From a bacterium (GTDB lineage Bacteria > Sysuimicrobiota > Sysuimicrobiia > Sysuimicrobiales > Kaftiobacteriaceae), in assembly GCA_044868695.1 (NCBI GenBank), contig JBIOWP010000062.1:1-19868 (forward strand): a stretch of 19,868 nt of DNA, read 5' to 3'. The stretch's first letter is position 1. Every line of letters starts with the position of its first letter. The notes beneath the pieces are model-generated. The model was given only the letters and a program-made list of their open reading frames with translations, did not search any database and had not been told where the DNA came from. Positions 1-8,565 of the stretch are shown one piece after another. The position numbers were made by a program, and so were the translations under genes.

Positions 1-1
1 G

Positions 2-613
2 GAGGGAGTAAGGGCGCTACAGTTTCTCGCGGACCTCGTGAACAAGCAAAAAGTGACGCCGCAAGAGATTCTTGGCTCGAGTCAAGATGAGTTAGTGAAT
101 GTTCTCGTCACGAGCGACCGGTTCGCCATGGGCATCGTAGTGGGCACAGGCTACCGACCGACCGGTACGGACGAGTATAAGACGCCAGAAGAATTCGCTC
201 GCATCCGGGGAGCGACGGTTCTTCCGATACCGAGAGGAGGACGTCGTGCTACCGGCATGGGCGGTTGGATTCTCACGATTGGGCGGAATAGTGAAATTCC
301 CGATCTCGCTTGGGAGTACATGAGGATCGTGACGAGCGAGCCATACGCCCGAGAATTCTGGCAACTACAGCAACGGGTTCCCACTCGCAGGGCAGCGTTC
401 GAGCGAGTGGCGACCTACACCCGAGTTATGCCGTACTTCGACCAGATTGCGGAGTCCATTCCATTTGCACGATTGGCACCTCAAGTTCCACAGTATCCGA
501 GTTTTCTGCCGTTTCTCATCACGGCGATTCAACGCGCGTTATCAGGTGAGGTGTCTGCAAAAGGTGCACTTGACCAGGCAGCGGAGCAGACGAACGCGAT
601 CCTAAGAAGATAG
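2..613 (+). CDS. Carbohydrate ABC transporter substrate-binding protein, C-terminal part (5' truncated by window edge)
   Basis: The frame is open from position 2 (EGVRALQFLADLVNKQKVTP...), so the ORF-track start at 38 is not the true start. Motifs GGWILTIG..S..PDLAWEY, RVPTR and C-terminal ALSGEVSAKGALDQA are typical of CUT1 sugar-binding proteins. It lies directly upstream of two sugar permeases. Confidence 0.88.
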   Translation, partial: EGVRALQFLADLVNKQKVTPQEILGSSQDELVNVLVTSDRFAMGIVVGTGYRPTGTDEYKTPEEFARIRGATVLPIPRGGRRATGMGGWILTIGRNSEIPDLAWEYMRIVTSEPYAREFWQLQQRVPTRRAAFERVATYTRVMPYFDQIAESIPFARLAPQVPQYPSFLPFLITAIQRALSGEVSAKGALDQAAEQTNAILRR

Positions 614-626
614 AGCCTTCGGCCCA

Positions 627-655
627 GGGAGGAGTTCGACATAAACTCCAGTCCC
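627..655 (+). other. Intercistronic stem-loop after the binding-protein gene
   Basis: GGGA-GGAGTT (627-636) pairs with AACTCC-ag-TCCC (644-655) around a 7-nt loop. There is no U-tract. It is followed by the SD-like AAGGA (656-660). Confidence 0.5.
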
Positions 656-668
656 AAGGACGAGATGT

Positions 669-1625
669 GTGGCTCGCGACGCTGGGTTTGAAGCGACACC
701 TGAACCACCGGGTGTCCTCGGGCGCAATGTCCTAGCCCTGCGCGCTCTCAGACTCCAGGCATTCCCCTTCCTGCTGATTCTCCCCGCGCTGCTCTTGGTC
801 GTCGGACTGCAAGTCTATCCGACACTCGCAGGGATCTGGTACGCATTTCATGACATCCACCTTGCGCGTTTTCATCAGACTCCATACATTGGACTCAGAA
901 ACTTTGTCGACGTATTTTCGGGTCCTTTCCCCAACCTCCTCAATCCAGTACTCCCCGTTACCGCCGTCTGGGTTGTGGGATCGGTCATCCTCCAGATCAC
1001 GGTCGGTCTGGGCCTTGCAATCCTGCTTCAGCAAAGATGGCTGAGAGGCCGAGAATTTTTCCGAAGTCTGTATCTATTCCCCTGGGTTATTTCGGGTATC
1101 GTGGTCGGTTACTCGTGGAGATTCATCTTTGATCCTACGGTCGGCCTCCTCAATACGTTCTTGACTAACTTTGGTTTCGCGCCGCGACCGTGGCTCGTGA
1201 CAGGCCCGATGGCCATGGGGGCGTTGCTAATTACTTCCGTTTGGCGAAGCGCAGGCTTCAGTCTTGTGCTTCAAATGGGGGGCCTGCAGTCGATCTCGGA
1301 CGAGGTTTACGAGGCTGCTGCAATCGACGGGGCAAGCGGAATCTCACTACTCACTCGAATCGTCTTGCCCTTGATCCGGCCCTTTGTCCTCGTGAATCTG
1401 ATCGTCGCTACTGTTGAAACATTAAACACCTTTGATGTTGTGCTTGCTTTGACACGAGGCGGCCCCTTGTTCCGAACGGAGATCATCCCTATCTACATGT
1501 ATCATCAAGGTTTCCAATGGGGGTTTCTGGGTAAAGCAGCGGCGGTATCCGTCCTGGTGTACATTCTGAGTGTCATCATTATCCTGGCTTACGTCCGCGT
1601 GCTGCATGAAGAGGAGGCCTTGTAG
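669..1625 (+). CDS. Carbohydrate ABC transporter permease (MalF/UgpA-like)
   Basis: Multiple hydrophobic helices, YIGLRNF, EAA loop EVYEAAAIDGA, and LTRGGP..TE..G.AAA motifs. Confidence 0.93.
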   Translation: MARDAGFEATPEPPGVLGRNVLALRALRLQAFPFLLILPALLLVVGLQVYPTLAGIWYAFHDIHLARFHQTPYIGLRNFVDVFSGPFPNLLNPVLPVTAVWVVGSVILQITVGLGLAILLQQRWLRGREFFRSLYLFPWVISGIVVGYSWRFIFDPTVGLLNTFLTNFGFAPRPWLVTGPMAMGALLITSVWRSAGFSLVLQMGGLQSISDEVYEAAAIDGASGISLLTRIVLPLIRPFVLVNLIVATVETLNTFDVVLALTRGGPLFRTEIIPIYMYHQGFQWGFLGKAAAVSVLVYILSVIIILAYVRVLHEEEAL

Positions 1626-1651
1626 CCGGCGCGTACCGGAGGCAATCGCAC

Positions 1652-2497
1652 ATGGGAATTGGAAGAGTTTCGACCAAATGGAAAATAATGACTTATGCCA
1701 TTCTAATTCTTTTCGCCTTCTTCGCCCTCACGCCCTTGCTCTGGGTGCTAACAACCTCACTAAAGTCGGCGGCGGAGGCGCAAAAGATTCCGCCGACGCT
1801 CATCCCTTCGTCTCTACATTTGGAGAACTTTAGGCTAGCATTCACCTCCCCGGCGTTTGGTATCCGACCCTTTTTGAACAGCTTTATCTATGCGTTTGGG
1901 ACTGTGGCATTGACCCTGCTGGTCGTCTCATTGTCGGGTTTTGCTTTTTCTCGATACCGATTTTGGGGTCATCGAGCCCTCTTTCTAGCCATTCTATTGA
2001 TGAACCTTATGCCAGGTGTAGCCAAGCTCGTGCCACTGTACATGATGTACTCAGCCGCTCGTCTCTACGACACACGCGTAGGGCTGATTCTGCTCTTCAC
2101 GCTCGCGGTCGTCCCGATTGGCACATGGGTCATGAAAGGGTACTTTGATCGGATACCCAGGGAGTTAGAGGAGTCGGCGCTCATTGACGGATGTACCCCG
2201 CTAAAGACATTGTTGCGAATCACTATCCCGCTCGCATCCCCTGGCTTTGCCGCATTGGCGGTCATTGCATTCATGGACGCCTGGAATGCGTTTACCTTCC
2301 CATTAATACTCACTGAACGCCAGATCCTCAAGCCGTTTACTGTCGCAGTCTACGGATTTGTGGGTGAGTATGGAGAGGTTCAGTGGCACCTCGTATCCGC
2401 GGTGGCTGTTACATCTATTGTGCCGTTGCTCGTGCTCTTCATTCTCTTCCAACGCACGCTGGTTAGTGGCCTCACGCGAGGTGCAGTGAAGACATGA
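1652..2497 (+). CDS. Carbohydrate ABC transporter permease (MalG/UgpE-like)
   Basis: TSLK, NSF, EAA loop IPRELEESALIDG, WNAF and FQR.LVSGLTRGAVK C-terminus. SD GGAGG lies upstream. Confidence 0.93.
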   Translation: MGIGRVSTKWKIMTYAILILFAFFALTPLLWVLTTSLKSAAEAQKIPPTLIPSSLHLENFRLAFTSPAFGIRPFLNSFIYAFGTVALTLLVVSLSGFAFSRYRFWGHRALFLAILLMNLMPGVAKLVPLYMMYSAARLYDTRVGLILLFTLAVVPIGTWVMKGYFDRIPRELEESALIDGCTPLKTLLRITIPLASPGFAALAVIAFMDAWNAFTFPLILTERQILKPFTVAVYGFVGEYGEVQWHLVSAVAVTSIVPLLVLFILFQRTLVSGLTRGAVKT

Positions 2498-2710
2498 ATG
2501 ATGTGACGGATGATTTCAAAGTAGTCGCCAATGCAAAATCTCTTCGTGAGGGCATTCGCCGGCCTCCCCTAGGACGTGGACCCAGATGAACCCAGGTCCT
2601 CCATGGATCATCGCACACCGAGGCGCTTCGGGCTACGAACCGGGAACACCTTGCTAGCCTTCGCACGGGCGGTTGAGTAGGGGCTGATTTCATCGAATTA
2701 GACGTCTACT

Positions 2711-2747
2711 TGGCACCGCGGTGCCAGGCACTTTGGTGCCAGGCACC
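2711..2747. repeat. REP-like cluster of GGTGCC-W-GGCACC palindromes
   Basis: Perfect 16-bp palindrome TGGCACCGCGGTGCCA (2711-2726), overlapping GGTGCCAGGCACt (2720-2732), and a second unit GGTGCCAGGCACC (2735-2747). It sits immediately past the stop of the minus-strand gene. Confidence 0.75.
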
Positions 2748-2748
2748 G

Positions 2749-3195
2749 CTAGCGGCTGACGAGCACGCGCAGCAGGCCGCCCATTGGGGTGAAGCGCATG
2801 GTGTACCCGCCGAAGGTCATGGACGTTTCGCTGCGGTTCCGCACGGCCGGGGTGAACGCCAGCATCCCCTTCTGGGCCCCCACCACCGACCCCACCGCAT
2901 CCTGGAGGAAGAACGTGACGTGAATGCCGCGCTGGAGGTCCATCGGCAGGTACATGATCTCCTGCTCGATCACGCCACCCCGGACCACCAGATCCACCGT
3001 GATGGCTTGATCGTCCGAGACGTAGCGGGTCACCACGCCGCCGCCGGCCGCGGACTGGCCGGACGGACTGAGGCGCAGCTGCTGGATGAGAGGGCTGCGC
3101 TCGAACACGGCGATCGGGTCGCCGACGCGCGCGAGCGCGGGAGCAGCGAGCAGGAGAAGGAGTGCCGCACTGAGCCGGAGGCGCATCTGGGTCAC
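2749..3195 (-). CDS. Hypothetical secreted protein (~148 aa, Sec signal peptide)
   Basis: GTG at 3195 lies 7 nt after SD AAGGAG (minus strand, 3208-3203). The N-terminus MTQMRLRLSAALLLLLAAPALA has a basic head, hydrophobic core and A-L-A cleavage site. Codon usage is GC3-rich. I recognise no family. Confidence 0.75.
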   Translation of the reverse strand: MTQMRLRLSAALLLLLAAPALARVGDPIAVFERSPLIQQLRLSPSGQSAAGGGVVTRYVSDDQAITVDLVVRGGVIEQEIMYLPMDLQRGIHVTFFLQDAVGSVVGAQKGMLAFTPAVRNRSETSMTFGGYTMRFTPMGGLLRVLVSR

Positions 3196-3302
3196 CTGTC
3201 CACTCCTTACCACTCCTCCGGGCCATGGAGACCTCGCGCGCGGGCCATCAATGACCCAATTGGGTTAGGGCGCGCGGCGCGCCGGTCATATTTAATGGAG
3301 GC

Positions 3303-3674
3303 GTGCCAACGCGTCGGGAGCTGGGTGCCATCGGGGAGGAGGCCGCGGTCGCGCTGCTGCGGCGGCGCGGCTACCGGATCCGGGAGCGCAACGTGCGGTG
3401 TCCCATGGGCGAACTGGACCTCGTCGCGGAAGAGGGCGGGAGCCTGGTCTTTCTGGAGGTCAAGGCCCGCTCCACCGTCGATTACGGGGCGCCGTTCGAG
3501 GCCATCACGCCCGCCAAGCAATGGCGGCTCCAGCGTCTGGCGACCTACTACCTGACCACCCGCCGGCTCTGGGACCGTCCCTGCCGGTTCGACGCCGTCT
3601 CAGTCCTCGTCGACCCCGGCGGCCGGGTCCTCAGCATCGACGTGATCCCAAACGCCTTCGAGGCTGATCCCTGA
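3303..3674 (+). CDS. yraN: YraN family (UPF0102) PD-(D/E)xK nuclease
   Basis: GEEAA..L...GYRI.ERN..GELDLVA....LVFLEVKAR and RFDAV motifs. It is in the classic position before comM. Confidence 0.95.
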   Translation: MPTRRELGAIGEEAAVALLRRRGYRIRERNVRCPMGELDLVAEEGGSLVFLEVKARSTVDYGAPFEAITPAKQWRLQRLATYYLTTRRLWDRPCRFDAVSVLVDPGGRVLSIDVIPNAFEADP

Positions 3675-3723
3675 TTCCCAAAATTGACTCAGTTGGGCTA
3701 GTGCGCCATCCCGGCGCGCGTTT

Positions 3724-3742
3724 TACAATCCGCGCAGGGAGG
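3724..3742 (+). promoter_or_regulatory. Candidate -10 box and ribosome-binding site for comM
   Basis: TACAAT at 3724-3729 in a GC-rich context, then AGGGAGG (3736-3742) 7 nt before GTG 3750. No convincing -35 at 17 bp. Confidence 0.45.
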
Positions 3743-3749
3743 TTCCCGT

Positions 3750-5279
3750 GTGCTCGCCACAGTCCGGTCAGCCGCCGTGCAGGGCCTGGATGCGTACCCC
3801 ATCGACGTGGAGGTGGACGTCGGCGGCGGCCTGCCGGCCTTTGCCATCGTCGGGCTGCCGGACACGGCGGTGCAGGAGGCCAAGGAGCGCGTCCGCGCGG
3901 CCATTCGCAACTCCAACTACGAGGTCCCTTCCCGCAAGATCACGGTGAACCTCGCGCCGGCAGACGTGCGCAAGGAGGGGCCCGCCTTCGACCTGCCGAT
4001 GGCCGTCGGCATCCTGGCCGCGACCGAGCAGATCCGCACCCCGCACCTGAACGGCACCGTCGTGCTGGGAGAACTGTCGCTGGACGGCGGCGTGCGTCCC
4101 GTCGGAGGAGCGCTCTCGATCGCGCTCGCGGCAAAGGGGCTCGGGGCCCGCGCCCTGATCGTGCCACTCGCGAACGCCCCTGAAGCAGCCCTGGTCGATG
4201 GGCTGGACATCCTGCCTGTGGCGTCGCTAGGGGAAGTGATCCGTCATCTGGAAGGCGAGGCGTCGATTGCCCCGCTGCAGGGTCCGCCCAAGGACGGCGC
4301 CGTGCCGGAATTCGAGATGGATTTCGGCGATGTCAAAGGGCAGGACCACGCGAGGCGCGCGATGGAAATCGCGGCCGCCGGGGGCCACAACATCCTCCTG
4401 GTCGGCCCGCCTGGCGCGGGCAAGACGATGCTGGCCCGCCGTCTGCCGACGATTCTCCCCCCGCTGTCCTGGGACGAGGCCATCGATGTCACGCGCGTCT
4501 ACAGCGTCGCGGGGCTCCTGCCTGCCGGGGGAGGGGTGATCCGGGCGCGCCCGTTTCGCAGCCCGCACCACACGACCAGCGCCGCAGCCATGACCGGCGG
4601 GGGGTCGGTGCCGCGGCCCGGTGAGATCACGCTGGCCCATCACGGCGTGCTGTTTCTCGACGAGCTTCCCGAATTCCACCGCGACGTCCTGGAGGTGCTG
4701 CGGCAGCCGCTGGAGGACGGCGCCGTGACGGTGGCGCGGGTACAGTCCACCGCCACGTTTCCGGCGCGATTCATCCTGGCGGCGGCGATGAACCCGTGCC
4801 CGTGCGGCCACCTCGGTGACGCGGCGCGCGAATGCCTGTGCTCGCCGGGCCAGATCGCACGCTACCTCAACCGGGTGTCCGGCCCGCTCCTGGATCGCAT
4901 CGATCTCCACATCGAAGTTCCGCGGGTCTCCTCCGATGATCTGACGGCTGGGAGCGCGGGAGAGCGGTCCGCCGACGTCCGGGCGCGCGTGCTGCGGGCC
5001 CGCGAGGTCCAGCGCGAGCGGTTCGGCAGCGCGACACTCACCAACGCCGCGATGTCATCCCGCCACCAGCGGCGCGTGTGCCGGCTCGACGAGGACGCGC
5101 GCACGTTCTTGCGAGCCGCCATCGACCGCCTGCGCCTGTCGGCGCGCGCGCACGACCGCGTGGTGCGCCTGGCCCGCACCATCGCGGACCTGGACGGTAG
5201 TGCCCAGATCACCGCCGGCCATCTTGCCGAAGCGGTGCAGTACCGTGCATTCGACCGCCCGCTGCGGCTGCTCGGATGA
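3750..5279 (+). CDS. comM: YifB/ComM family AAA+ ATPase (Mg-chelatase-like DNA helicase)
   Basis: IVGLPDTAVQEAKERVRAA, NLAPAD.RKEG, Walker A GPPGAGKT, PFRSPHH, Walker B LFLDE, MNPCPCG Zn site, SGPLLDRID and RTIADL. Confidence 0.96.
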   Translation: MLATVRSAAVQGLDAYPIDVEVDVGGGLPAFAIVGLPDTAVQEAKERVRAAIRNSNYEVPSRKITVNLAPADVRKEGPAFDLPMAVGILAATEQIRTPHLNGTVVLGELSLDGGVRPVGGALSIALAAKGLGARALIVPLANAPEAALVDGLDILPVASLGEVIRHLEGEASIAPLQGPPKDGAVPEFEMDFGDVKGQDHARRAMEIAAAGGHNILLVGPPGAGKTMLARRLPTILPPLSWDEAIDVTRVYSVAGLLPAGGGVIRARPFRSPHHTTSAAAMTGGGSVPRPGEITLAHHGVLFLDELPEFHRDVLEVLRQPLEDGAVTVARVQSTATFPARFILAAAMNPCPCGHLGDAARECLCSPGQIARYLNRVSGPLLDRIDLHIEVPRVSSDDLTAGSAGERSADVRARVLRAREVQRERFGSATLTNAAMSSRHQRRVCRLDEDARTFLRAAIDRLRLSARAHDRVVRLARTIADLDGSAQITAGHLAEAVQYRAFDRPLRLLG

Positions 5280-5327
5280 GCCGTCCGCCGGTCCGCTTGA
5301 CACCCTGTGGTAAGGTAGAGGGTAGGT

Positions 5328-6233
5328 TTGCGGACGGTGCGCGTGCGTGATGCGGTCGCTGTGATCGCGATCCACGATGCCGCGTATCCGTCGCGCCTGC
5401 GGACGATCTACGATCCGCCGTCGTCGCTGTATGTGCGCGGCGACATCGCAACAGCCGAGGCGCCCGCGGTCGCGATCGTCGGCGCGCGGCGGCCGACGGC
5501 GTATGGGGTTGCCGTCGCGCAGCAGTTGGCGCGCGAACTGGTCGGCTGCGGGGTGACGGTCATCAGCGGCCTGGCGCGCGGGATCGATGCCGCGGCGCAC
5601 CGCGGCGCGCTGGATGCCGGCGGCCTCACGATCGCCGTCCTGGGCTGCGGTCCCGATGTGGTGTATCCGTCCGAGCACCGACGTCTGATGGACGAGATCA
5701 TCGGGCACGGTGCAGTGGTATCGGAGTTCGAGCCCGGCGCGCCCCCGCGGCCCGCGCAGTTCCCCCAGCGCAACCGGATCATCAGCGGGCTGTCGCTGGG
5801 GATCGTGGTGGTGGAAGGGCGCGAGAACAGCGGCGCGTTGATCACCGCGGACGCGGCGCTCGAGCAGGGGCGGGAGGTGTTCGCGGTCCCGGGTCGGATC
5901 AGCGATCCCACCAGCCGCGCTCCGAACCGCCTGTTGCAGCAGGGCGCCAGGCTGGTCGCACGGGTGGACGACATCCTGGACGAGCTCCACCTGCCTGCGC
6001 GGGGACGGCCCGTCATTCAGGCGCCGGTCCTGGACGATCTCGAAACCGTGGTGCTCGCGCGGCTGGACCTGACGCCGGTGCACCTGGACCGCCTGGTGCT
6101 GCAGTGCGGTCTGCCGGTCGCCTCAGTCAGCCGCGCGCTAGTGACGCTGGAATGCCGGGGCCTGGTGGCCGCGCTGCCGGGCGCCCGCTACGCGCGGCGC
6201 GACGGCGCCTATAGACAAGATGAAGAGGAGTGA
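5328..6233 (+). CDS. dprA: DNA-processing protein DprA (Rossmann fold + C-terminal winged helix)
   Basis: YPSRL..IYDPP..LYVRG, AIVGAR, SGLARGID..AH, FPQRNRIISGLS, SGALITA and GREVFAVPG. The exact start is uncertain (TTG 5328 or GTG 5337/5343/5361); there is an in-frame TAG at 5316. Confidence 0.95.
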   Translation: MRTVRVRDAVAVIAIHDAAYPSRLRTIYDPPSSLYVRGDIATAEAPAVAIVGARRPTAYGVAVAQQLARELVGCGVTVISGLARGIDAAAHRGALDAGGLTIAVLGCGPDVVYPSEHRRLMDEIIGHGAVVSEFEPGAPPRPAQFPQRNRIISGLSLGIVVVEGRENSGALITADAALEQGREVFAVPGRISDPTSRAPNRLLQQGARLVARVDDILDELHLPARGRPVIQAPVLDDLETVVLARLDLTPVHLDRLVLQCGLPVASVSRALVTLECRGLVAALPGARYARRDGAYRQDEEE

Positions 6234-6237
6234 CGCT

Positions 6238-8529
6238 GTGAAGAAGAACACCCCGCGGACCGGGAGAGATGGCCCGACCCGCGCGGCCACAATCGAGGCG
6301 CCCCCACCGCCCGCGGTGAAGACCGCCCGCCGGCGCGCGCGGCCCGCCGCTGGGGACGGCGCGACGGCCAAGGCGGCCCGCGCCCGGGCCCTGGTGGTGG
6401 TCGAGTCACCGACGAAGGCGCGGACGCTGCAAAAGCTGCTGGATCGCAAGTATGACATCGTGGCCTCGATGGGGCACGTGAAAGATCTCCCCCGCAGCCG
6501 GCTCGGTGTCGATGTCGAAAACGGCTTCGCACCCCGGTACATCGTCATCAAGGGCAAAGCCGCCATCCTCAAAGAGTTGAAAGAGGCGGCCAAGGCGGCC
6601 AGCACCGTCTACATGGCCACCGACCCGGACCGGGAAGGCGAGGCCATTTCCTGGCATCTCTCGGACGCGCTGCGGTCCGTCAACCCCGCGATCAAGCGTA
6701 TTGAATTCCACGAGGTCACCAAAGACGCCGTGCAACGGGCGCTGGCGCACCCGCGCGAAATCGATCTCAACCTGGTGAATGCGCAGCAGGCCCGCCGGAT
6801 CCTCGACCGCCTCGTCGGCTACAAGCTCAGTCCCCTGCTGTGGCGGAAGGTGCGGGGAGGGCTCTCCGCCGGCCGCGTCCAGTCCGTCGCGGTGCGCCTG
6901 GTCGTGGACCGCGAGAAAGAAATCGAGGCGTTTGTCCCGCAGGAGTACTGGACCCTGCTGGCTCACCTGCGCAAGGCCGGCGAAGCCCTCACCGCGCGCC
7001 TGGTCGGCAAGGATGGTGTGCGCTATGGGGCGCCCACCGACGACGGAGCCACCGTCATCCGGACGCGCGAGGAGGCCGACGCCATCGTCGCCGCGCTCGC
7101 CGGGACTGCCTTTGTGGTTGGGGAGGTGCGCCGTAAGGATCAGTTCCGCCATCCCGGGCCGCCGTTCACGACCAGCACGATGCAGCAGGAAGCCAACCGC
7201 CGGTTGGGATACTCCGCGGCCCGCACAATGAACGTGGCGCAGCAGCTGTATGAAGGCGTCGACATCGGCGCCGAAGGGACCGTCGGTCTCATCACCTATA
7301 TGCGCACGGACTCGGTCCGCGTCGCGGACTCGGCGCTGCGCGAAGCCCGGGAGTTCGTGGCCAAGAGTTTCGGCGCCTCCTACGTGCCCGATGCGCAGCG
7401 GGTGTACCGCTCGCGCCGCTCGGCCCAGGACGCCCATGAGGCCATCCGGCCCACCTCGGTGCTGCGGACTCCAGAGCGCGTCAAGCCGTTTCTGCGCAGC
7501 GATCAGTTCAAGGTCTACAAGCTCATTTGGGAGCGCTTTGTCGCGAGCCAGATGGCGTCCGCGGTCATGGACACGCTCTCGGTGGACATCGCCGCAGGCG
7601 CGTATCTGTTCCGCGCGACCGGGTCCCGCGTGAAGTTCCCGGGGTTCCTGGCCGTCTACCGGGACCTCCCCGAGAACGGCGACGAGCAGGAGGGATGGCT
7701 GCCGGACCTCCTCACCGGCGAGGTCCTGGCGCTGGACTCCCTCGATCCGCAGCAGCACTTCACCCAGCCGCCGCCCCGGTACACCGAGGCGTCGCTGGTA
7801 CGCGCGCTCGAGGAGCGCGGCATCGGGCGGCCGAGCACCTACGCGCCGACGATCGAGACGGTCAAGCGCCGCGGATATGTGAAGCCGATCAACCGGCGGC
7901 TGCATCCCACCGATCTCGGCAAGCTGGTCAACGATCTCCTCGTCGAGCACTTTGCCGACGTGATGGACTACGATTTTACCGCCGCGCTGGAAGAAGAGCT
8001 GGACCAGGTGGAAGAGGGCCGCCTGGAGTGGCAGAAGGTCGTCGGCGATTTTTGGAAGCCGTTCGAGGTGGACCTCCACTCCGCCGAGCAGAAGATCGTG
8101 CAGATCGAAACGCCGGTGGTGGAGATCGGGCAGGCGTGCCCGCAGTGCGGCCGGCCGCTCGTGCGCAAGTACGGCCGGTTCGGCGAGTTCATCGCCTGCT
8201 CGGGATTTCCGGAGTGCAAGTACACGCGGCCGCTGGGCATCGGCGTGACCTGCCCGACCTGCAAGGTCGGCGAGGTCGTCGAGCGCCGCTCCAGGCGGGG
8301 CCGGACCTTCTTCGGGTGCAGCACCTATCCGGCGTGTACCTTCACCAGCTGGGACCGGCCCACCGATCGCGTCTGCCCGAAGTGTGGGCAGCACCTGCTG
8401 GGCATCCACCAGACCGGCCGGCGGACGACTCTGCGCTGCCTGGACAAAGCCTGCGGCTACACCGAGGCGGTGCAGCCGCCCTCCGATGAGCCCCGCGCCC
8501 CCGTCCCAGAGGATCGGCCCGTCTCGTAG
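6238..8529 (+). CDS. topA: DNA topoisomerase I (type IA) with three C4 zinc ribbons
   Basis: TOPRIM VVESPTK / ATDPDREGEAI, SAGRVQS, catalytic ITYMRTDS, AHEAIRPT and GIGRPSTY; C-terminal CPQC, CPTC and CPKC ribbons. GTG 6238 is preferred over ATG 6220 because SD GAGGAG (6225-6230) lies 7 nt upstream. Confidence 0.98.
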   Translation: MKKNTPRTGRDGPTRAATIEAPPPPAVKTARRRARPAAGDGATAKAARARALVVVESPTKARTLQKLLDRKYDIVASMGHVKDLPRSRLGVDVENGFAPRYIVIKGKAAILKELKEAAKAASTVYMATDPDREGEAISWHLSDALRSVNPAIKRIEFHEVTKDAVQRALAHPREIDLNLVNAQQARRILDRLVGYKLSPLLWRKVRGGLSAGRVQSVAVRLVVDREKEIEAFVPQEYWTLLAHLRKAGEALTARLVGKDGVRYGAPTDDGATVIRTREEADAIVAALAGTAFVVGEVRRKDQFRHPGPPFTTSTMQQEANRRLGYSAARTMNVAQQLYEGVDIGAEGTVGLITYMRTDSVRVADSALREAREFVAKSFGASYVPDAQRVYRSRRSAQDAHEAIRPTSVLRTPERVKPFLRSDQFKVYKLIWERFVASQMASAVMDTLSVDIAAGAYLFRATGSRVKFPGFLAVYRDLPENGDEQEGWLPDLLTGEVLALDSLDPQQHFTQPPPRYTEASLVRALEERGIGRPSTYAPTIETVKRRGYVKPINRRLHPTDLGKLVNDLLVEHFADVMDYDFTAALEEELDQVEEGRLEWQKVVGDFWKPFEVDLHSAEQKIVQIETPVVEIGQACPQCGRPLVRKYGRFGEFIACSGFPECKYTRPLGIGVTCPTCKVGEVVERRSRRGRTFFGCSTYPACTFTSWDRPTDRVCPKCGQHLLGIHQTGRRTTLRCLDKACGYTEAVQPPSDEPRAPVPEDRPVS

Positions 8530-8565
8530 GCGAACCCCACGGTGGCCGGTCTGACCCGGCCGCCG

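Noticed and set aside
5297..5328. TTGACA as the -35 of a dprA promoter
   Set aside because: The hexamer is perfect, but candidate -10 boxes (TAAGGT 5311, TAGGTT 5323) lie 8 and 20 nt away rather than 16-18, so no coherent promoter can be called.
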